Of a DNA stretch of 64,000 bases, positions 18,203 to 26,001 are shown in pieces. This DNA comes from a virus (Duplodnaviria > Caudoviricetes). The translations under genes and the position numbers were made by a program. The stretch lies in IMG/VR virus record IMGVR_UViG_3300037189_030782; one strand, 5' to 3'. The notes under the pieces were generated by a model. The model searched no databases. It saw nothing but the letters and a program-made list of their open reading frames with translations, and was not told the DNA's origin. Numbering within the stretch: position 1 is the stretch's first letter; each line of letters begins with the position of its first letter.

Positions 18203-19210
18203 TTAATCCCACTTAGCACTTGAACATTTCGTGCAGATGTCGTTGAAGGCTTGGTCGATCATGCTAGCGTGTTGATCTGAGCCCCAGAAATCACGAAGGG
18301 AATGTGTTGACAAATCGCCGATCTCATGCGACATTGAATAATCATTGCAGCATAGGAATACTTTCCCTACAGCATTGACATGTATCCAGCTGAAAGGTCT
18401 GCCTTTGTCACCCATGCCGTTTGTACATCCCGTGACTCTGGTTTTGCCTTGTCGTGCTTTGTCGATTAATTTGGTGTTAGTTAACACGTTCAATGGCATC
18501 AGGCCAGCTCGATCACTCAAAGATGGTTGCATATATATTGGTATCCATGGAAAGTATTTTTCTCCTAGCTGTTTGTTCTGTTGCAGTGTGCCTGTATCTG
18601 ACAGATCGAATGGAGGCGCTGCTGGCCCCAGTGTGCCGACATGGTTTGCGAAATCAGTGTTCACACCATTTACTTGTATTGTGATCCTTTGTGTTTCCAT
18701 CAATGGTTTTAATGTTCGCACCGCATAATTGATGTTTTCTAACAGTAAGTCGAATTTATCTTCGTGAAACCCTGTAAATGCTGACCATTCAGATCTCTTG
18801 AAGGAAGGAATGTTTAGGCAGATGCCAGCGACATGTGTCGAGTATTGCAGAATAGTGTCAACGCGATCTTTGGTTAGAGTCGTGCCGTTGCTTAGGATCA
18901 TATGATGTAGATCGTACTTCACTGCCAGCTGGCATAATTCTTCGAAATGCTTGTATAATAGCACTTCATTGTAGTGCGCTGTGTAAAAATATCGAAATGC
19001 TGGGCTAACCAGTCCAGATCTCTCAGACACTAAATTCTGCAGGATCTTCTCTAGCAACTCCGGCGACATCTGTTTTTTGCCGGATTCTGGATTGCCTTCG
19101 TATCTGACTGGGCAAAACCAGCATTTGGCATTGCAATAGCCAAATGGGTCTATTTGCGCTGCCGATATTTTTGTTTCTCTGAGTGTTGATTTTATGTCGT
19201 CTAGCGTCAT
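18203..19210 (-). CDS. Radical SAM protein with SPASM/twitch domain
   Basis: CNAKCWFC (CxxxCxxC), YNEVLL, ILSNG, C-terminal C...GKVFLCCND...IGDL...CTKC; ATG overlaps upstream TAA. Confidence 0.9.
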   Translation of the reverse strand: MTLDDIKSTLRETKISAAQIDPFGYCNAKCWFCPVRYEGNPESGKKQMSPELLEKILQNLVSERSGLVSPAFRYFYTAHYNEVLLYKHFEELCQLAVKYDLHHMILSNGTTLTKDRVDTILQYSTHVAGICLNIPSFKRSEWSAFTGFHEDKFDLLLENINYAVRTLKPLMETQRITIQVNGVNTDFANHVGTLGPAAPPFDLSDTGTLQQNKQLGEKYFPWIPIYMQPSLSDRAGLMPLNVLTNTKLIDKARQGKTRVTGCTNGMGDKGRPFSWIHVNAVGKVFLCCNDYSMSHEIGDLSTHSLRDFWGSDQHASMIDQAFNDICTKCSSAKWD

Positions 19211-19812
19211 TACAGTCCCCAAGTTGGTGTTTTGCGCCCTTGCCAATTTACGAACGGTGGACCTAAATGTTCTACAGATGAGTTCTGCAGCAGCACATAG
19301 TTTCCTTTCCACAAAGATCTGAAGCCTATGTCGCAATATCCGCAGTCCATAGACCAATGATCATATATATAGTGTTTTTGGTAGTAGAGCTGGAAATAGC
19401 CGTGGCCATGGTGATAATATTTATATGAGCGATCGGATGTATAGTCTCTATATGTAGGATAGTTCAATCTAGTCACGCCGTACAATTTAGTGTTATCATT
19501 TACTTCCTCTGCATCTAGATAGATGATGCAGTCACTGTCATGGATGAGCATCCAATTGTCACTGTGGTTGGTATGTGCCATGATCTGCATTTGATGTATG
19601 ATGCCTGACTTATTAAATGTAGCACCGTCAGCCTTTACTGCATTATCGAAAAAGATCACTGTTGCGTCGTGTTGATTAGCGAGTTCTATCGTAGCTGTGT
19701 CTTTTGAGGTCGTGCCAATATAATATCTGTCAAATAGACTTCTGTTGTGTTTTATAGTGCAAGCTAGATAATCGCTGTAGTCTATTGATATAGTTAAGCC
19801 AATTGTTTTCAT
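19210..19812 (-). CDS. Glycosyltransferase-like protein (GT-A fold)
   Basis: FNKSG, LIHDSDC (DxD), GYFQL, DIGF, VEHLG motifs. Confidence 0.6.
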   Translation of the reverse strand: MKTIGLTISIDYSDYLACTIKHNRSLFDRYYIGTTSKDTATIELANQHDATVIFFDNAVKADGATFNKSGIIHQMQIMAHTNHSDNWMLIHDSDCIIYLDAEEVNDNTKLYGVTRLNYPTYRDYTSDRSYKYYHHGHGYFQLYYQKHYIYDHWSMDCGYCDIGFRSLWKGNYVLLQNSSVEHLGPPFVNWQGRKTPTWGL

Positions 19813-19887
19813 GCATCATCCAAGCAAATATAATTTGTATATGATAGCGTGTGACTATCTAAAATTACTTACTTGGAGGAATAGTCT

Positions 19888-20292
19888 ATGAGCGGTCAAC
19901 CAGCTCAGACTGACATCTCGGTTTACCGGGCTTTGCGTTCTCAGCGTAATCCCCGCCGTAATGCGAGCGTTGCGGCCCTCACCAAGGACTTGACCTCCTT
20001 GGTGATGGTAATCCCAGGAAAAGAAACAGGCGTTGTCTACGGTCATCGTAACTCGTCCGTTTCTGACCTTAGTTCTTACATGGGTCCCCCGACCAATTCT
20101 GGCCGTGGTTTCCCTGTTACCATCGATCTCCGTCCTTGCGTGAGCTACGCATATGCTCAAACGCATCTTTCGGACGTGGACTTTGGATTTACCATCGGAC
20201 GCGATCGGTTCATCACCAACACAGCAGCTGGTCTCGATGGCGACCTTTTTGGCGCCGCCGGTGCTCTTTCTGATGCTTCCTGCTGCGAATAA
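19888..20292 (+). CDS. Hypothetical protein (possible virion protein)
   Basis: SD GGAGG, ATG, followed by a terminator; codon choice looks like a highly expressed gene. Confidence 0.75.
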   Translation: MSGQPAQTDISVYRALRSQRNPRRNASVAALTKDLTSLVMVIPGKETGVVYGHRNSSVSDLSSYMGPPTNSGRGFPVTIDLRPCVSYAYAQTHLSDVDFGFTIGRDRFITNTAAGLDGDLFGAAGALSDASCCE

Positions 20293-20312
20293 TTAGTTAG
20301 CACAACTAAACA

Positions 20313-20344
20313 AAAGAGCAGGTCAGTTTTCTGACCTGCTCTTT
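20313..20344. terminator. Bidirectional rho-independent terminator
   Basis: Perfect 14-bp inverted repeat AAAGAGCAGGTCAG-tttt-CTGACCTGCTCTTT. Confidence 0.85.
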
Positions 20345-20372
20345 CTGTATATATGTATAAAGGAGTACTCAG

Positions 20373-21122
20373 ATGAATATCTCGTTGATAGTATTAGCCG
20401 CTCTGGTGTGTGGTCAATCCTTGCAGCCTGGGCCAAAGGTCGGCATCGCTAATAATAATGCACCGATACAGGCTCCACCACAAGCACAGATGTCGGTTGA
20501 GCAAGGCCGAATTCTGCAGATCGCAGTGCAAGATAAGGCATACGACTCGGTGAACTGGATCAGGACCTCTACCGATTACGACCTTATTCCGTCAGAATCA
20601 AGCAAATCAGCTTATTTCTCAGCACCGAAGACAGGCAGTTACGTAGTTCTTTGCTTCTCTGCATTGACTAAGGATGGCAAGGCGCTTCCGACAGAACCAA
20701 CCAGAGTGGTCATCGTCGTTACTGAAGGCGGCAAATTGCCGGAAAAGCCAGATGATGTGCTGCCTGGGCCTGATGATAAGCCAGCAGTAGATGCTTTCGC
20801 AAATGAGCTTGCAGCTGCATTCAATACCATTGAAGAGATCAATAAGACAGAAAATAGAGTTAAATTGGCTAAAGCTTATAATGAGTGTGCTATTGCAGCA
20901 GAAAAATTCACTGGCACAGCCGATGCGCTTTACAGTGAATTGGGCAAATTGATGGATGGTAATCTGCAACGTATTGCGTTGAAGCCTTTGCGTGAAAAGG
21001 TAGGTGAAGAATTAAATAAAATCTTACCAAGGGACGGGTCTCAGGAAGTTACTGCTGATACCGCCAAAAAGGCCTCTTCTCTTTTTAAGCGTGCGTCGAA
21101 GGCTCTTTCTTCCACAAAGTGA
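20373..21122 (+). CDS. Secreted/exported hypothetical protein
   Basis: Signal-peptide-like MNISLIVLAALVCGQ, beta-rich domain, Pro/Asp linker, helical C-terminus; SD AAGGAG. Confidence 0.75.
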   Translation: MNISLIVLAALVCGQSLQPGPKVGIANNNAPIQAPPQAQMSVEQGRILQIAVQDKAYDSVNWIRTSTDYDLIPSESSKSAYFSAPKTGSYVVLCFSALTKDGKALPTEPTRVVIVVTEGGKLPEKPDDVLPGPDDKPAVDAFANELAAAFNTIEEINKTENRVKLAKAYNECAIAAEKFTGTADALYSELGKLMDGNLQRIALKPLREKVGEELNKILPRDGSQEVTADTAKKASSLFKRASKALSSTK

Positions 21123-21130
21123 GGTGTATC

Positions 21131-22045
21131 ATGGCAGACGAATTAGATTTTGTGGGTTACACAGGCTGGGTTGATGACAAGGAAGCGGTTGATAATGTGG
21201 TAGCTCAGCTACCATTTAAGTCATTTGCGGAAACGCCAGCTGCAACTGTTAGTCTAGACGCCATTCCACAGAGAGTGGCTCTGTGGGAAATAGCTGCCAA
21301 AGTCTTAGGTCAGCCGTTACCTGCGCGTAGCCAAGGAGATGTTGGCTCATGTGTTTCGTTCGGGACTGCCTCTGCGGTAGAAGCAACTATGCTTGCCGAA
21401 ATCTATCTGGGGCAACTCGAAGAATATAAGGATATCGTGCAGGAAGCGATTTACGGCGGCTCTCGTGTAGAGGTCGGTAAGGGGAAGCTAGGCCGTCAGG
21501 ACGGATCAGTGGGCGCTTGGGCAGCGAAGTGGGTCAGAGAATGGGGCATTTTGCCGCGTGGTATTGTGGCTGGATTCGATTTAACCAATTACAGCATTCC
21601 TCTTTGTCGCACATGGGGTGCTAAAGGTGTGCCTCTTGACTTGGAAACTGAGAGTAAAAAACACCCAGTAATGGAGACTACTCCAGTCACGTCGTGGGTG
21701 CAAGCTAAGAAATGCTTGGCTCAAGGTTACGGGATTTCGATTTGCAGTAGTCGTGGTTTTTCTACTAAGCGCGATTCCGAAGGCGTTTGTGCTCCACGAG
21801 GCGTGTGGGAGCATTGTATGTGCCTTCTCGGTTACAAAACAGTAGGCAAGAAAGAATACGGTTGGATTAAAAACAGTTGGGGTAAGTATCTGACCGGTCC
21901 TATTGCCGATGGTGACCCATCTGATGATGGATTTTGGGCTGCAGCCGATGTCATTGACGAAGATATCTTACGTTTGGGCGACAGTTTTGCTTTTAGCGGT
22001 GTGAAGGGATTCGTTGCTCGACAAATTGATTGGCGTACTCTTTAA
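21131..22045 (+). CDS. Papain-like (C1) cysteine protease
   Basis: QGDVGSCVSFG (catalytic Cys), HCMCLLGY (His), IKNSWG (Asn). Confidence 0.9.
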   Translation: MADELDFVGYTGWVDDKEAVDNVVAQLPFKSFAETPAATVSLDAIPQRVALWEIAAKVLGQPLPARSQGDVGSCVSFGTASAVEATMLAEIYLGQLEEYKDIVQEAIYGGSRVEVGKGKLGRQDGSVGAWAAKWVREWGILPRGIVAGFDLTNYSIPLCRTWGAKGVPLDLETESKKHPVMETTPVTSWVQAKKCLAQGYGISICSSRGFSTKRDSEGVCAPRGVWEHCMCLLGYKTVGKKEYGWIKNSWGKYLTGPIADGDPSDDGFWAAADVIDEDILRLGDSFAFSGVKGFVARQIDWRTL

Positions 22046-22051
22046 TAACTG

Positions 22052-22083
22052 CGATGGCCACGCTTTGATTAGTGTGGCCATCG
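22052..22083 (+). terminator. Hairpin after the protease gene
   Basis: CGATGGCCACGCT-ttgatt-AGTGTGGCCATCG, 13-bp stem with one GU pair. Confidence 0.65.
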
Positions 22084-22088
22084 GTGTA

Positions 22089-22111
22089 TTTGTAGGGAAT
22101 TTCCCTACAAA
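22089..22111. promoter_or_regulatory. Operator-like palindrome upstream of the neck/tail operon
   Basis: TTTGTAGGGA-att-TCCCTACAAA, perfect 10-bp arms. Confidence 0.4.
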
Positions 22112-22134
22112 AGTAAAATAAGGAGTACTATGCC

Positions 22135-22668
22135 ATGTTAAAAGTTCCATTTCAGGCTTATATAAGCTTACTGGCACCTCGTCCAGGCACAAGGTGGGAA
22201 TATTTACGGGATTTTCAAAAGATAGCAGTGTACATCTACGATGCTTTAAGCGCTGAAGCTACTATACAGATGCCCGCACCGGAAGGTAGCCAATTCTTAA
22301 ACGGCTCTGGCGATAACAATGGCTCGTTTAGCACATCATATGGTGGCCTCGGGATAAAGCCAAGATTCGGAGATTTTCCAGATACGTTGTCAGTTAGTGG
22401 TTGGTACTTGGTAGATCGTCCAAATACACCCGTTGCTACATTGGACAACACGATTTTTGCGCAAAATCAGGTATGGAATCTGCAATATCCGAATGTCTTT
22501 AGAACTAACATAGAATCTTTCGTTTACACTGAAGTATCCGCTTTAAAAACGCTACTGCTTAATAGTTGCCAGACAGCTTATCCAGTTGCAAATTCGACTT
22601 ACAAGATGTTTCAGATGGATTATTCAGGGTTAGTGTTCGGTTATAAAGGCCAAGGTTTTCCATCTTAA
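22135..22668 (+). CDS. Hypothetical virion-associated protein
   Basis: SD AAGGAG; first gene of the structural operon. Confidence 0.7.
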   Translation: MLKVPFQAYISLLAPRPGTRWEYLRDFQKIAVYIYDALSAEATIQMPAPEGSQFLNGSGDNNGSFSTSYGGLGIKPRFGDFPDTLSVSGWYLVDRPNTPVATLDNTIFAQNQVWNLQYPNVFRTNIESFVYTEVSALKTLLLNSCQTAYPVANSTYKMFQMDYSGLVFGYKGQGFPS

Positions 22669-22677
22669 GGAGGCGCA

Positions 22678-23514
22678 ATGGCTATTATAGCTCCAAATGA
22701 CCTGCCCAGTATCATCAAGATTAACTCTGGACCTATGAAAAAATACGTCCTGAGTAAGTTAGGCTATCCAAATGTAACTGTAGAAATAAGTGAAGACCAA
22801 TTTGAAATCATTTGGAAAGTCGTCGGGGATTTCATTTCTGGATATTTCCCGAGAGAGCAAAAATTGGCTGTGTTCTACACACAGCCATTGCAGGCCACAT
22901 ATCCGCTGCCAAATGACGCTTATTGGATTCAAAGCTGTCACTGGAATGCGGTGTCCTCGTTTTTGAATGATATATTCGGAGCTGAAAGTTTTTTGTTTAA
23001 CATAGGTAATATTTCCGGAATCCAGAATATATTAACTGACTATCATCTGTTGCAGTCATATCGTAAATTTTCGCAGAAAGTGCTGGCCACCGAGGGGCAT
23101 TGGGAAGTCCTAAATGAGGGTGGCTCGGCTGGTGTAACTGGTGATCAGATTAACGCTGCCAATCAGCTGATCAGGTTATATCCTACACCTAAAGGTGTTT
23201 TTCCGGTAGTCGTGCTATATATTCCAGTAGTAACACATTTTAGAAGTCCACAGGCTCGAAAGTTAGCTTATGATTACATGGAAGCCGAAGCGAAGATCGC
23301 AGTCGGCAGTGCAAGACGCAAAGTGACCAACATGCCCAGTCCCGAAGGCGGCTCATTAGGTTGGGACGGTGGTGAGTTGGTCGGCGAGGGTATCAAAGCA
23401 AAGGAAGAAATAATAAAAATGGCCATCGAGCTTGGTGAACCGATGCTACCTGCAATGTGGAGTATCATCCCATTGCTCATTAGCGTTTTACACTTGACCA
23501 GTCATTTTGCATGA
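22678..23514 (+). CDS. Neck protein (T4 gp13-like)
   Basis: KKYVLSKLGYPNVTVEISEDQ N-terminal signature; LIRLYPTP; GGELVGEG. Confidence 0.8.
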   Translation: MAIIAPNDLPSIIKINSGPMKKYVLSKLGYPNVTVEISEDQFEIIWKVVGDFISGYFPREQKLAVFYTQPLQATYPLPNDAYWIQSCHWNAVSSFLNDIFGAESFLFNIGNISGIQNILTDYHLLQSYRKFSQKVLATEGHWEVLNEGGSAGVTGDQINAANQLIRLYPTPKGVFPVVVLYIPVVTHFRSPQARKLAYDYMEAEAKIAVGSARRKVTNMPSPEGGSLGWDGGELVGEGIKAKEEIIKMAIELGEPMLPAMWSIIPLLISVLHLTSHFA

Positions 23515-23535
23515 TCTATTAGATCAAGGTAACCA

Positions 23536-24024
23536 ATGGACGAATTTCCTTACCCTTTTGATGTAGATCTAAAATTGGCTGTAATTGGCCAAGATAAGAT
23601 CGTACCTCCCGGATGCGAACCAAGCAGTGGCTTAAGTAGCCTTATGCTTGGTTATAGTATGCGGAAAGATGGTTGCACAGGTGGCCTAGTGCCTTTGAAA
23701 AAAGCGTTGGCGGCCATTCCCGGTAGTTGGGTGCAGTTTGGTGTAAATTATAACACTGGCGTGCGTCAAAAGTGGTTCGTATTGCCACCACGACCGTGGG
23801 GTTGTCCTTGCACGTCGTATCCTGACTGGTATCGGATCTTAAGATCATTGGCGGAAATGAGTGAGCCAGATGCTCCGAAAGATGAGTGTGGTGTGAACAG
23901 TCATGATCTGAGCTGTGGATTTAATTTCGAGCCGAAAGATTCACCACCCAGCACATACTTTCAGGAAGGGTCTGGAAACGCGCCTGGCGTTTTGCCTTTA
24001 ATTCCACCTTGGGCGATAAAGTAA
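23536..24024 (+). CDS. Hypothetical Cys/Pro-rich protein
   Basis: ORF between the neck genes; stop overlaps next ATG. Confidence 0.65.
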   Translation: MDEFPYPFDVDLKLAVIGQDKIVPPGCEPSSGLSSLMLGYSMRKDGCTGGLVPLKKALAAIPGSWVQFGVNYNTGVRQKWFVLPPRPWGCPCTSYPDWYRILRSLAEMSEPDAPKDECGVNSHDLSCGFNFEPKDSPPSTYFQEGSGNAPGVLPLIPPWAIK

Positions 24025-24641
24025 TGGCTATTTACGATTTCACAGTGGCCGATTACTTATTGGAAGGTCCAGACGCTGGATCTCAGCAGGTCAGTACAGA
24101 TTCTAAATTAGCTATCTTCAATGCTGAAAGCCCAGAACATTCTCTTGCAAGGAAGTTGGCCGAAGAAGCTATAAACATTTCAGGCGCTCCGATTATTGTT
24201 TATACTCGCACTGAGAATGGTGATTATGATGCGGTTTGGGACGAAGACCCTGACCCCACCTACTGGGCTCCTTTTGATCTGAAAGCATTTTTTAAGCCAA
24301 AGCCCATAGAGCTTGAATTAAAGAAGTGGGGCTTAGAATCAGAAAATAAGATTGAAGTGGTGTTTAGCCATAAGATGCTGTTAGAAAAAATCGGCACACG
24401 ATTATTGCGCGCTGGCGATGTGTTGGTTATCCCTTATAACAGCATCTTAGATAATGTAAGTCCGCATAATTATAGGATTACCAATACTACACCGTCCGGG
24501 TATTACCGTTATGAGTGGCTATATCTCACATGCATGGCAACGGTGATCAGTCAAGATATTACTGTGGCGCCTGATATCAAGGATGACCAAACACAATTGC
24601 AGACTGGGGATGATGCTGGTTTCTTCTTGGAGAGCTTATGA
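24024..24641 (+). CDS. Neck / head-closure protein (T4 gp14-like)
   Basis: EEAINISGAPIIVYTR, ELKKWGLESE, LLRAGDVLVIPY. Confidence 0.7.
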   Translation: MAIYDFTVADYLLEGPDAGSQQVSTDSKLAIFNAESPEHSLARKLAEEAINISGAPIIVYTRTENGDYDAVWDEDPDPTYWAPFDLKAFFKPKPIELELKKWGLESENKIEVVFSHKMLLEKIGTRLLRAGDVLVIPYNSILDNVSPHNYRITNTTPSGYYRYEWLYLTCMATVISQDITVAPDIKDDQTQLQTGDDAGFFLESL

Positions 24642-24889
24642 AATTCGACACTGATAAGTTTACGACTGAAGCAGTGTTGCAGGCGTACAGATATGTTAGT
24701 GCTAACGTCGATGAATTGAAGCTTGAATTAGTATCTAAGAACTTCGTAGTAGATGAAAATGCTGCTGACTTGCGCGCCATGCCGATTACCATTGATCTGA
24801 ATATCTCTAAGCCACTTGCGGCACCAGAGGATAAAGCTACTGTAGAGCAGGCGTTGATCAAATTCAAGGTTAAAATCCAGGGGGCATGA
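24638..24889 (+). CDS. Hypothetical protein (83 aa)
   Basis: ATGA overlap within the structural operon. Confidence 0.65.
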   Translation: MKFDTDKFTTEAVLQAYRYVSANVDELKLELVSKNFVVDENAADLRAMPITIDLNISKPLAAPEDKATVEQALIKFKVKIQGA

Positions 24890-24890
24890 C

Positions 24891-25697
24891 ATGATTCACG
24901 ACTTTGACATGGATATCGGCATGTCGGGCGTCGGATTGGATGGCTTGCCATCGAGGCCCGGCGCTAGGCAGTTGGCGGATATCCAAGGAGGCCGTAAGCG
25001 GCCAGGATTTCAGAACAGCCAGACCAAACCTGAATATCTAAATGAGTTCCTAGTGCCTGGCCTAAGGTCACTAGATGAAGCGATAAAAAACTACTTTTCT
25101 GGCGTCAGAGTGCCGACTAAAGACTCCTATAGATTGCTGCGGACAAAGATAGCTGGCGGTGACAAGTCTCTATTGATTTGGAATGATGAGCTTAAGGAAG
25201 GACGTGTTAAGCTGCCTGTGGCGAGCATTAATCGTACTTCACATGAGTTAAATCGTAATAAATTTAGTCCGCCTTATTTGCCAATAACCGGCCGCTATCT
25301 GAGTAGTCGAAGAGACCTGATGGCCTTGTCGTATCGTCCCATGCCGTTGTACATCGATTATGAAATGGTGGTATGGAGTGAGCATAAAAGAGATAGCGAA
25401 TATATCGCATATCAAGTGATGACTAAATTCATGCCTGTAGTACAATTTAATATCACTATTGCTAATATCAATGCACCGATTATAATGGAATTCAACGGCA
25501 TGACGGATGCCTCCGACAAAGAAGTATCATCCGACACGCAGCAAAAATTCCGTTATGAATATAAATTCAAAGTGGAAGGTTGGTTGCCACTGCCAGAGAA
25601 GGTGCAAAAGACAGTGTTAGGTCGTGTGTCCACGATAGAATTATCTACGGAAATCGATTTTAGCACTGAAGCGTCGTCTTACGGTGTTTTTGCATAA
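24891..25697 (+). CDS. Tail terminator / sheath stabiliser (T4 gp15-like)
   Basis: VKLPVASINR, PMPLYIDYEM, YEYKFKVEGWL; position before the sheath gene. Confidence 0.65.
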   Translation: MIHDFDMDIGMSGVGLDGLPSRPGARQLADIQGGRKRPGFQNSQTKPEYLNEFLVPGLRSLDEAIKNYFSGVRVPTKDSYRLLRTKIAGGDKSLLIWNDELKEGRVKLPVASINRTSHELNRNKFSPPYLPITGRYLSSRRDLMALSYRPMPLYIDYEMVVWSEHKRDSEYIAYQVMTKFMPVVQFNITIANINAPIIMEFNGMTDASDKEVSSDTQQKFRYEYKFKVEGWLPLPEKVQKTVLGRVSTIELSTEIDFSTEASSYGVFA

Positions 25698-25716
25698 ATA
25701 AACTATTTACCGGAGG

Positions 25717-25944
25717 TTGATTATGGCTAGTGTAGATCGTCGTAACGTAGAGACTGTTCGTGTGCATAATGTTAGCAAGATGGTTTTATCACTGCAAGTT
25801 AAACAGCCTGGAACTAATTTCTACACTCATGAGCAGCAGATTAGGTTAGCCCCTGGCGAGCACCATTTGGTGCCCAAAGCTTATCTTCTTAGCGAGCAAA
25901 TTGCTAACTTAAAAGCCAAGGGTATGCTGGTCGTTATCGGTTAA
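25717..25944 (+). CDS. Small hypothetical protein
   Basis: SD CGGAGG; lies between gp15-like and sheath genes. Confidence 0.7.
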   Translation: MIMASVDRRNVETVRVHNVSKMVLSLQVKQPGTNFYTHEQQIRLAPGEHHLVPKAYLLSEQIANLKAKGMLVVIG

Positions 25945-26001
25945 TCACATTTTGGGCATTGACAGGGCAAAGATAATCCAGAGTATAATTTGGAGAATCA
26001 A

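Noticed and set aside
19210-19357. Extended radical SAM start given by the ORF track
   Set aside because: It overlaps the upstream GT by about 150 nt; ATG 19210 is coupled to the GT stop.
19363-19371. ATATATATA as another late-promoter element
   Set aside because: It lies within coding sequence (His-Tyr-Ile-Tyr) and is explained by codons.
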